The notes beneath the pieces were generated by a model. That model made no database searches. It saw nothing but the letters and a program-made list of their open reading frames with translations, and had not been told where the DNA came from. A DNA stretch of 63,230 nt, filler included, from Bipalium vagum (taxonomy: Eukaryota), in the NCBI GenBank assembly GCA_037834085.1. It is 3 parts of 3 records of this genome, joined end to end, with 100 filler letters (N's around TTAATTAATTAA, not from the genome) between each part and the next. Parts side by side here need not be neighbours in the genome. Positions count along the whole stretch, not along the records: positions 43,603 to 63,230 come from JBBMKC010270849.1; 2 more parts are not named here. One strand, written 5' to 3'. The position numbers were made by a program, and so were the translations under genes. This document shows positions 52,141 through 63,230 of this stretch, in pieces (positions within the stretch are counted from its first letter, which is position 1; each line of letters begins with the position of its first letter).

Positions 52141-53190
52141 GTTTTGCTGAGAACTTTTCGTTAAACCAATTAGACAAAAGTCGGATTGTTTTTTTCTATT
52201 TTTTCTATTTTTGAAGTGTTAATATCCTAGAGTCAAGTCCAAAGCTTCTTTGGATTGATCAATACCAAACATAAAGAGATTTGTTTCGTTCAATAAAGTC
52301 CACTGCCCACTCCGATTTCCAGAGCAACCATATTCTCAGTTTCATCTGTGTATTTCTTAACTAAATCGATTAGCTTTTCAGTTTCGGTCGATGAATGAAA
52401 ACAAGTGATCTCAGTTTGAGTTTTAAATTTTTAAATGGCCCTTTATCGATTATGTATTGAATTGGTTCACTGAACATATGTACTAAAATGGATACTTCCT
52501 GATTGAAACATTAATAATACTGATGTTCTCTACCAAAGATTATTTTTAGAGTTTTTGGACTTGAATCAATAACCAATCAGATTAGAGGTAAAATTTAATA
52601 AGAATATTTATTATATTATTCTTTTAATTATTGTTAGGGTTAGGGCTGAAAATTCTGAAAAATATTGTTAGGGTTAAAATTCTTAAATTATTGTTAGAAT
52701 TGGGGTTGAGATTTGTTTTTTACGTTTAAAAATCTTTAAATTTTATTTAAAAAGTATAATTTTTTAAAAAATCTTCACTAATGTATTGTTTAGTTTTATT
52801 ATTTTTTTAGGTAACTATGGTTACCACGTCAAATTTGATTTTTTTCACGTTTTTATTTATTTGGTTTTTTAATTACTTTTTATTCAAAAAATTAATTAGA
52901 AAAAAATTTCAGTTTCATAATAAAAATTTATTCTCTTTCCGATGATTTATTGATATTTCAATTATCGAATGGGAATATACTGTAACCGTACTTTATCATA
53001 AACAATTTCAATAATTGTTATCATTTTGCCCATTTCCTCAATAAAAGTTAATTCTTAGAAAGGATTAGCTGAATTATAATAAATAATTACATTGAAAATT
53101 TTCAAGCAATTGTAACAAAGAGAAAATAAAAAACTTCCGTAATTAAAATTGAGTAAATGATATAAAAGGAATGGTCAATCAAAGACCCCT

Positions 53191-56100
53191 TTCATTTTAG
53201 AATCATGTTCTACCAATTATGTTACTTAAGTTTCCATATACCGAGTTCGACTTAAATATTTTTTTTACAATGTGTACTTTTATTCTTCCTCTGTAGTTCT
53301 CCTGTTCTGCCAGTCGAGACTCGTTTTGGTGTACCTGCTGCTCGTTTACAACATTCCCTTGTGCAATTACTTGTGGAAAAGAAAGCTTAAGGGTAATAGT
53401 AACTATCTCTAGTGATCAATATTATTTTCATTTAGTCCGCATGTTTCTATACCTGATTTTGTTACTGCTGGTGTCCGTTGGGCTGTTCTGTGCACACATT
53501 TACTTCTTCATTCATGACAACATAAATAAGAACCCCACAGGTATTTAGACATTTTATTCGTTAACCTCACCTTCGTTATTAGCAGATTTATCATCACCAG
53601 TGCAGACGACGTAAGACCATCTTGGATACTTTGATCACAACATTACTAATGGTTCTAGATTGTACTTTATATACCCGGGCTTAGTTTGTCTGTCAAATGT
53701 GTTTGGATTGTATCTGCAGGTCTCACAATTTTTCAATGCCAAGTCACGAATTTATAGACCTAGGCTTCAATCCTTATCGTTATCGTCATCGGAATCCATT
53801 TTGTCAACGTTATTCAGACCTTTCAAGTGGCAAACCCATATGGGAAACATGCTGATGAAAAGAGGACTGTGTGACTTTTTCGCCATTATTCTCACCGGAC
53901 TGGGGGCCGTTTCCAATCCATCGATTTTCAGCGCATTCTACCTCTTGATATTCTTCTATCGAGCCTTCGTTTGGAGGTCTCGAAAGAGTTTGGTGCCTGA
54001 ACATAAAGTCACACTGGTTTTCTTGTTGTCCGCCTTGCTCGCAATTCACATAGCTCTCATTTTCATTACGAAGGATGTCATCTGTGAAGGAGCCGACGAA
54101 GGTATACTTTGGTGGTTACAGATCATAGGTCTGTCCTTCCCGATGGGACAGATCAGCAGTTGCAAGTCCCTCACGTACTGGACTCACTTCGCGTACCCTG
54201 TCGTGTCGTACATAGTTCTCTACATCCTGTACTGCAACTACTTGATCAATTTGATCAGAAAGCAGAAACAAGAAATTTGTCACGAGGTTTTCGTTTTGAA
54301 GCTCTTGAAACCTCATTATAATTGGTCTTTTGTTCAGGGTTTGAAAACTGCTCATGATTCTCTCAGCGACGAGGAATCCTTCCAGGAAAATGTATCTGAG
54401 CCCTTAGACGTCCCAGACCAAGCAGGAAGAAAGTGGGCGAATATGAAATATTACCTTTTTGGTCGTCTTTCCAACTGGAGCTTTGAAGTGAGACAATTGG
54501 AATAATGTTACCTTTACTTTCTTTTCCTCAGATAAGCGCAATCTGTACAACCTGCCTAACGACCGTTATCCACGTCAACGTCTTCACTTTCGTTCACATA
54601 TTCATCATGGCTCTGTACGCCATCTTCAGGAAACATAACAAAAAACTGTTCTCCACGATTTACCTGGCTGTCCTGATGTTGGGATTTTCTGTCCAGTACT
54701 TCTTGCACATCTTTGGAAATGGTAAGCTTATGCTATTCTTGTTGACGTCATCACCTTATAAACTTTCCAGTCTTCTATCTCAAAGCGGGAACCACAATGA
54801 CTCCAAGCGCGATTCTGACAACCAATTCGTTGCTCTTCATAGGTAAGTTGCTTTCATCGTGCTTTGCATCTGACAGCACCCTTCAGCCGACATCCTACAT
54901 ATAGCAGCCGTGTCCTACCATTACCAAGTGGAAAAGTACAAGGCCAATCGAAAAATGACAGATTGGGCGGAGACCGACCAAGAAAAGATGGGCCAAGACT
55001 TTATAACGTACAGATCGTAAGCCTTTTGTGTTCGCATCTCATTACTAAGCCGGTCAAAACATTTTTAGAACCTTCGGTGAATACCTTAGGTACTTCATAT
55101 TCGCCTGGTTTCACTGGGTATCCCTGTCGTTCATCTTCATCACCGGACTGGTCAACTTCAATCTCATTGGTGTTCTTTACCTGGTCTTTGCCTTCACGTT
55201 CTTCGTCAATTATTCAAAAATCGTCATCAAACACCAAAAGCTGCTTAAGACGTCAGTACCAACATTGAATTTGACTTGAGACCTTTTACCGTTCTGTATT
55301 GCAGGTGGAATTTTATGTGGCTCGTGACCCTTGCCTCTATTTTGGTGAAGATATTCCCCACAGTCTTCAAAGGTTACACTAGCCAAGGTAAGCTGACATT
55401 TTGGTCTTCCTCCACCTGCTGGTCTGAATTATTGTCATTTGAACCTCTTTTTTCAGAACCCCTCTCTTGTGGACAGATCTGCAGTGATCCAATATTCGAT
55501 GTCATTTGCCTGTGCCTGATCACTCTGCAGATCAAGATCTTCAAGGGCAAGTCCTTCTGCTACGTCGTTCTACACTTGATCATTCAAAAATCGCTGGAAA
55601 CAAAGTAGGAAACAGAACTATAAACCTTTTTAAACAATTATCAACGTCGAATTTTACAGGGGCAGCCAAATCTTTCACTCTCAAATGATGGAAAGGATCC
55701 AGAATTTAGAGAGACAGGAGAAAGAAATCAAAGACAAACTGAACAAAAAGATGCAGAAGATCAAGAACGCCAAAAAGGCGTGCCACTATTCGGTGGACAA
55801 CTTGGAAATATGTAAGGGTTTTCTACGATAGTTCTCAATTTTGTTTCATGGGAAAATCTTCTAGTCAAGAGGTCTGCGTATGTGTATGGTCACATGTTGG
55901 ACCCGAAGGATGACGAGGAGAATCTGATGGACATCCTGGCCAGTCAAGTAATTAAGCCTTCGGTTGTTGAGTAACAGTTTTGACCGACCTATCGTAGAAC
56001 AATTGGGAGGATCGATCCAGTCAAGTAAGTCCGGCACCACCGCTGCTCAAGTCGAAGGGTCTGTTTCCAATGAAGAAGAATTCTGGTTTTAAGGAAGCCG

Positions 56101-59100
56101 AGGTTCAGGAGCTGAATCTGAAAGAATCCTGTGACAGAGCTCTGCCAATGCCAGGTACAAAGCCTTACCCTTATTTTATTAATATAAAAATAAAACTTAT
56201 AAATGATTTTTTGTGTTGATTAATTCTTTCTGGTTGGTTTTTAGGTCCAAGTATGAAGGCGAGGACCATGGAATTGGTCAGGACCGGCTTGATTTATCTG
56301 AGCACTAAGATCGACAGATTTACGAAGACGCACAGAAAAGTACTTCACGACCTGGAATCCGTGAAGAGTGAAGCGAAGAACCTCATTCTAATGGATTTCG
56401 ACCGGTTGAATACAAAGTGGGTCGTCGGTTAAAGTTTCGGTTTATGACGACTTTTCTCTTTTCAGGCTATACTCGTACGACCATAGTCAAAGACATCTTT
56501 CAACCCATTTCACGGGAACCTTTTCCAACACCATGAAAAACTGTGGTCCAACTCCTAGGAGACCTTGTAGTGCATTAAAATCCATTCTCAACCTCTTGCT
56601 TGCCAACCTGGATTACGCTTGCTACTTTTGGGTCATCTTCAACTGCGCCTTGGCCTCCAGTGCTCTGATGCTATTTTTTCCCTTCATTATTTTCTTGTGG
56701 GCGATGCTCTCCGTCCCAAGACCTTCGAAGAAGCTTTGGATTATATTGAAATATTACACAATGGTAATTTTGGTTCTGACTTTTCTCCACTACATTTGAT
56801 GGCTCTCGCTCAGGTTATGATCTTCATCAACTTCATATGTCACTGGCCAGAGATCCAGTTGAACGAACAATTCAAGATATTGAAAATCCTGGGGTTCAAG
56901 AGGTCATACGGTTACGCCGTTCTGGACAGCATTCAGCTGCTGCTGATCCTGCTCAATTGTGAATACCTGAAATACACCTGTCAGTGGGGAGACTACCATC
57001 AATTTGGTCAGAGGGCGGCTGACGCGGTGGACGTTAATGACCGTGGGCCCTTTAGGTCAACTACGAGAGGTCGGGTTTTCCGAGCAATTGTCTTAAGAGC
57101 GAAAAAGTTCTGGTACAGGACGGGAGTGCCAAAGTACCCACTGCCCATTGACGTCTACACCTGCGCGGTCGTCTGCGAGATTATTTCGTTGCTCATCTTT
57201 ATGGTCGACTACAGGTCGTTTGTTCCGGTAATCTTTTGGCGATTTCAATTTAATTAATTATTCGATTCCCTGACCCTCAGGTCTATACTGGCAGCAACAT
57301 CCTAATCGTCTTGCTCAAAAAGGTAAGGATATCTCGTACAAAGAAACCCTGACCCTCTAATTTTGCAGGTACCCCGTCCCATGATGTGTATGATGATTGC
57401 CCAGTTCATTGCGATCGTTATCGACTACATCATCATGCTGAGGAAAAGCGTGAGGATAAAGTTCTTCTTCCAGATCGTCCACGTTTTTGTCATCCAATTC
57501 TGGCTGACCGTCAGCTTTCAACAGATCACAAACAAGTACGTACGTGCTGATTTATATCTTCCTTAAAATGGAAGGTTTCCCGAAGTTTTCTTGAACTTTG
57601 GAAAGCTTGTTAATCTCTATTTACATAAAATTAATTTGTTCTACAGGAACCTTCGAAACATGATAGGGCCAACCTTGTTTTACTTTTTCAAGTACCTCTA
57701 TTTTATCCTGTCGGTCCTTCAAATCAGGTATGGCTACCCGATGATGAGGAAGGGTAGCTCGTTCACTTGCTATTACAACTGGTTCCACTATTTCCTCCTC
57801 GTAATGTTCGTAGTTCGTTCATTCTGTTTGCTGTGCTGACCTCTTCCGATTTTCAGATCCATGAACATTCGCCATTGCAGACGCACGTTGATCGATTGGA
57901 TCTTCTCGAAGACTGCACTTGGTCTAACAGACTGGATCTACGTTGAGAGTGCGTTCACAGACATTTACCTTACCTCTTTTTCGAGAAATATCGATCCAAA
58001 GAACCCCAATCCCATCGGAGTCCGTTTAGCAGCAAAATTCAAAATTGGATTCGGAGTGCTCATCTTCATCTTAACTGTGGTTGTTTTCTGGGGCCCTCCA
58101 ATTGCTACGACGGCCATAGACGCAGCAAAACGTCCCACGCCCGTGGACAATTGTGACCTGACCCTTTCCATAGGGGATTTCAAGGTAAGCGCGATTTATT
58201 TTTAAATGGCATTTGGGCATTCATTTATCTCTGAGAAAGGGAAACCCTTCTAAACCCTTCTAAATCATTATTCACCTTTTCTTCTTTCAGCCCATATTTA
58301 CCTACTCGAGTAAGGGGGACAGTCTGTTGAATGTTCCGAAGAACTTCGTAGAAAGATTGCCTTCGTGTTTCCCCAACGACTTGGTACTTGATTTTGGTTT
58401 TCCCTTTCCTTTACCAAGCTTTTTTCACAGGAATCCCTCAACTATCTGGAAAACTTTCAGCAGGCAGACATCAAGCAGATCACCATCAACCGATTTCTGA
58501 CCGAATATTGGAACCCGTCGACAGATGAATCGAAAAAGCTGGAACCCCTTCTTAAGGATCCTGAATTCAAGATAAGTCTTCACTTTCAAATCGAATGTCA
58601 AAGGTACGAGGAGTACTCTACTATTGGTCTTAGAATTTCCTTTTGACTATTTCCTTACTTAGATCAAGACTGACGAAGTCGAAGAAGATAATTTATGAAA
58701 ACCGAATCTACTTATCGAAAGAAGAAAGGGCTACGTTTAGCAATGTAATTTTTGGGATTAACGAGACAGGTCTTCCACTAAGACGCTTAGTTCCAAAGTT
58801 TCTGACAGCCTACAAACAGTCCTTGGTACATACGGAAATATTTCAAGATAAGTTCCAGAGTGTCCTTCTGAAAGCGGTGCCACGGAAGGCCTCGCCGGAG
58901 AAAATGTGGCAGCTGGAAGACACCAAGGATGAAAGCGAATTCTGCATCCGAGAGTTGGAGGTGAAGAAACGAGATGATCTCTGGTCAATTTTTATCTTCA
59001 ACAAACGTCTGTCCCAGAGTCCAATAGGCAGGTTCATTACCAACCAAATGTACGTTTTCTATTTCTTGGTCGATTTTTTAGTTGAAACTGTCCTCTCTAT

Positions 59101-59420
59101 TTACGATCGCTTAAGCTTAATTTTAATTCAGGTTTCCTTTAATAAGCCTCTACATGACGATCTCGGGTTTGGTTTTCAAATTCATGTTCAGCTTCATAAA
59201 GAAACAGCCCTTCAACATCTTCCATCGAGAAAATCCCCAGGTTTACCGAATCCTCAACATCCTAAACGACATCTATTTGGCACGAGAATATGACATGTAC
59301 GACATGGAACTGGAAAGCTTGGCAAAATTCATTTACATTTACCAGTCTCCGGAGCACCTTCTCCGATGGACGACCGAAAAGAGTAGCAACCTTGAGAGAT
59401 TCGCAGTGGTAATTAAATAA
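53191..59420 (+). CDS. PIEZO: Piezo-family mechanosensitive channel, divergent and shortened, with many ~50-60-bp introns (start uncertain)
   Basis: FLWAMLSVPRPSKKLW, VIDYIIMLRKS, LQIRYGYP, LIDWIFSKTALGLTDW.YVE, a beam coiled coil, and C-terminal RILNILNDIYLARE...LAKFIYIYQSPEHLLRWT. Stop TAA at 59418-59420. Confidence 0.93.
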
Positions 59421-59939
59421 AGCATTAGTGACCCTTCATTCATTTATCATTCCCTTTTATTCGACAAAATTTTCTTTACATTTCCTCTACTTAATAATAG
59501 TGAATGAGAGAGTCAAAACCCTTGAAGATCCTCAATATCCAAAGTTCTGTCCTTCAGACCATGTAGATTCATGGGGATACTCAATTTTCACTAGAGAACC
59601 TCCTTTGTTTTCCAATGAACGCTTTCTTCACGAATACCCTCGCCGGCCATGGTCTTCAAAAGTAAAAGTGAAGTGAGAGCAGACTTGAAACAAAGGATAA
59701 AGAAGGATTATAAAATATTATTTTTATTTTTACTCAAAATTTAAATAAGATTTTATATTATTAAAAATTGGTGATATTAATGAATGTGATACACATTTGA
59801 CATAAAGTTCGACACGAGGAAAATAATTCTGAATGGGAAGGTAAAAGAAATATTATAATTAATAAAACGATTTGGTGATGAATTAAAAATAATATTCCCT
59901 CAAAATAGGTATGTAAATAGGCGTATTGTATGCATCCCC

Positions 59940-60621
59940 AATACCGGCTCTCGACACAGCTGTTCCTTTAATTGTTCAAAGGCCTTCTGTTGCTCTTCAC
60001 CCATACGAATATCTCAGCTTGTTTCTCTATTATGTTTATCCGCTTCTCTTGCTCGGCTTTTATTTTCACTGTTTCCTCTGAGGGAATATTTGCCTATTTA
60101 CTCTGATTATGTCCCTTGGAATCAACTTCTTGGTTAATTCTGTAACAACTTCGGCCCAACTCTTATTATTAACATTAATATCATAATAATCACTCCGCGC
60201 CATTCCACTCAAATGAATTGGCAATCTTTTCACCATTCGAGCCTCATATATCCCAATGCTTCTGCTACCTGTCTATACTCAGGCATGAAATCCTCAAACT
60301 CTCCACTAAATACAGGATAGTCAAACCTGTTTCACTAAGTTGTCGATGGTTCTAAGAGAGGAGTAAGTTTTTTGCATAGAAACTTTGAATCTATTCTCAA
60401 TTGTTCCGTATGGATGGTTTTAAAGGCCCTATTTATTTTAAAAGGTCTCTGACTGACTTGACTTTGTTTGAATTTTTCTGTTTGCCCGCGAGTGGGCCTG
60501 TCTAGGGGCTTGCAGATGTCCACTGATATCCACACATAGACATCCAATTCCATTCTTGATTTTTCTGTAGCTTCTTTATCACCTCCAAGATCAGATCATT
60601 TATTAAAAAATAATAATAATA

Positions 60622-60659
<38 letters not shown>

Positions 60660-60859
60660 TTGTACTTTATCATTAATTATAATTATACTTTAATTATTAT
60701 TAGTTGTATTATGATTATAATTATATTTATTCTCTTTTTGACCCGTTTGCAGTCCTTCTAATTAATTTATTAATATTATAATTTCTCCTAGACCCTTTAG
60801 TGTCTTCAAAAAATAACCTAAAGGGGTCAAATAGGTGTGCCCCTTTGGCTAACGCAACA
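59940..60859 (-). mobile_element. LTR-retrotransposon remnant: LTR-like end plus a decayed gag-like ORF
   Basis: Minus strand starts TGTTG (shared with 1-190). Downstream reads PVFSGEFEDF...RLPIHLSGMARSDY...SWAEVVTELTKKL (Ty3-like capsid pattern) with stops. Confidence 0.5.
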
Positions 60860-61289
60860 CGTTGTTTAATAAAAGAATGATGAAGATTTTCGAGATAAAA
60901 TATTGACTAGTTTTTGTAATGACTCTTCCATGTGTATATTTATTAATTTATGAAATAAAGTCTTCAACTAATTTATTTTGATTATTTTCTCCACTGTGAC
61001 TTTTGGATCAATATGACAAAAAAATAAATCGTGTATTTTAAATTCTTCACCACACACCATTTTGGAATATTATGTGGACGACTATCAGGTTGTGCAGGAT
61101 GAAGTGCCCGTTTTAATGACACATTTTTTTGAAAACGTGTAACTCAAGATAAATAAATTAAAATATTTTATATATATATATTGATCATTTTAAAACCCAA
61201 AATTTATTGGATCATTTAATACTTAATCAATATATAAATATCGATTTTATATTCAAATTTTGGAGATGGCATAACCTGATAAACCTATC

Positions 61290-62180
61290 TTTCCTGTCCT
61301 TTCTATGAGAGGAAAAATAACCTCAGAAAGTTGCTCGGAACATTATTATTCATCTGGCAAGGATTCTGTCAATGAAAATGGCACACGTCGTTGGTTTGAC
61401 AAATTTAAACCCATTGATGAAGCACTTATTATTATTAAAAATAACAAAACAAGAAAATAATAATAATTATTACTAATAATAATAAATGATAATGACTAAT
61501 TCCATCTTCATCTTCTCTCTGGATGTCGCATTTTCGGTCGATCAATAATTACGCTGTTTCAAAGTTGCTCCACCAACAAGCCCAATGAATTGGTTTCTGA
61601 CTCTAAAATATAATAACAATTACTCCATTCTTTCGCAAATATGACTGAAAAAGAGAAATCCTTTTGTAATTGAACCGTTCCGGTTTCAAAGAGTATAAAG
61701 ACAAAATGATAATAATTTCCAAAAAAANNNNNNNNNNNNNNNNNNNNNNNNNNNNNNNNNNNNNNNNNNNNNNNNNNNNNNNNNNNNNNNNNNNNNNNNN
61801 NNNNNNNNNNNNNNNNNNNNNNNNNNNNNNNNNNNNNNNNNNNNNNNNNNNNNNNNNNNNNNGTTTTTGTGAATAAGATCGAGTTGATTTAAATGTCAGG
61901 ACAGTTGTTTGATGTACACCAACATTTACGGGTAAATCACGTGAACTTAAAGAAGGATTATCTTTCAAGGCTGTAATCAATTCATCATCCACTGGCATTG
62001 AAGGTCTACCTAAGCGTGACTCTCAAGGTTTAAATCTCCATTATTGATGAGCTTGAATCATTTATCGTGAATTCCTCCATCTTCCAACTCACATATGTTT
62101 TGACAAGCATCCGTCGTTTTTATGAATACCGAATGTGAAATTTGGAATCCCAACGAAGTAAGCAATTCTCACACTAATAT
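61290..62180. mobile_element. Mariner transposase remnants on both sides of a gap
   Basis: Plus strand: GKDSVNENGTRRWFDKFK, and SLDVAFS (YSPDLAPSD-like). Minus strand: RLGRPSMPVDDELITALKDNPSLSSRDL..VGVHQTTV (mariner HTH). Confidence 0.7.
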
Positions 62181-63230
62181 TTTTTTAAAAATTTTAATTG
62201 ATTTTTCATTTTGGGATTTGAAATGTGGTACATTTTCTTTTCAATTATTAATTTTTTTGATTTTGAGAAATACCATTTGTAAAACATGTTGGGATCCATA
62301 GAAAAAGAGGTCCCAGCACCAATCAACTAAAATTTAAAGCCCGCAAAGAAGCCGAAACCTCTACAACCAGAGCAAGAGCTTATGGAGGATGATTCTCCAA
62401 AGCTCATTATTGACAATTAATAAACATTTCGATTACATTTTGATTTTAAACATGTGCATGGAAAAGCCTTGTTAGGCTTACTTTCTTTTATATTTTGACT
62501 CTTTTTATGTCATTTTATTTTATATTTTATAAAAAATAATAATAATTTAATTATATATTCGTTTTTAAATAATATAAATAAATAAAATAATAATAATATA
62601 AATTGTGGGTTGAAGTTAACTAAAACTTAACCCACAAAATTGATAAAAATAATTATAATGAGTAATAATGAATAATAATAAGAACTTTCCTAAAATAGCA
62701 AAAACCTCATTATTCTATTAATGGAAAGTTTTATTTTGCACCAATCAAGAGATCAGGAATGTGAAAATCAGGAGTATATAAGCTCTTGGTTTTCTCATTC
62801 AAATCTCAATTAACTTCGCTCCGACAAGTTAAGCTGATAAAACGTAATAAATACGCTTCGGCTATTTGAAACATCGATCTCTTTTGAGAAAAATAACATT
62901 AATTAAATAATCATTAACGTGTTCACAGCAAATACTCTGCAATACGTTCTTTTTATTAAATCTTCTTATTTCTTTTGTTTGTTTTCTTGGCAATTCGATT
63001 CTGCTTCGCTCTAGGCGACAGAATACGCATTTAAACATCAGGGCTTCTTCGGTTATCATAAAACCAAAAAGACTTTAATTAATTAATATTATAATTGTAA
63101 TAAGAAAGATTTGTATTTGTTTTACAAAATATATTTTTGTAACAAAAGACGTATCATCTTAGTTAATTTAATTATACTTAGTTCGTATCTTAGAACACCT
63201 ATTTGTTACACTACCTTTGACGTAGTTGGT

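Noticed and set aside
52630-52710. TTAGGG-like units
   Set aside because: Only two or three dispersed units; not a telomeric array.
1-63230. CRISPR arrays, rRNA or prokaryotic operons
   Set aside because: No repeat-spacer periodicity or rRNA motifs; the genes are spliceosomal and animal-like.

Overview
This is AT-rich animal genomic DNA with short GT-AG introns and several assembly gaps. It holds three host genes: a ZCCHC14/ZCCHC2-like SAM-domain gene (- strand, ~7.7-14.0 kb), a PERK/EIF2AK3 gene whose kinase C-lobe is lost in a gap (- strand, 43.6-46.8 kb), and a divergent, shortened Piezo (+ strand, 53.2-59.4 kb). The centre (16.6-43.3 kb) is a head-to-tail array of about 8 diverged, variably decayed copies of an RLE-type non-LTR retrotransposon (C2H2 fingers, Ulp1 protease, RT, CCHC plus PD-D nuclease). 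Their 5' and 3' junctions carry U2 snRNA fragments, so they are Utopia/NeSL-like. The best candidate for an undescribed system is how this element is expressed. All four copies spanning the site share an invariant AGC-TGA-CTA-GGC-AGC-CAC-CA, a UGA-CUAG readthrough context, at the conserved Trp of the Ulp1 domain. This would split a ~1300-aa upstream protein from the protease-RT-nuclease. The upstream frame appears to start at an AUG inside the U2-derived leader, overlaps covarying RNA hairpins, and carries FPPPP and tandem TQT host-binding motifs. The flanks contain decayed Maverick/Polinton (adintovirus-like) genes, LTR/gag and mariner remnants, a hAT MITE and a tRNA-derived element. All identifications are by eye from motifs; no searches were run.
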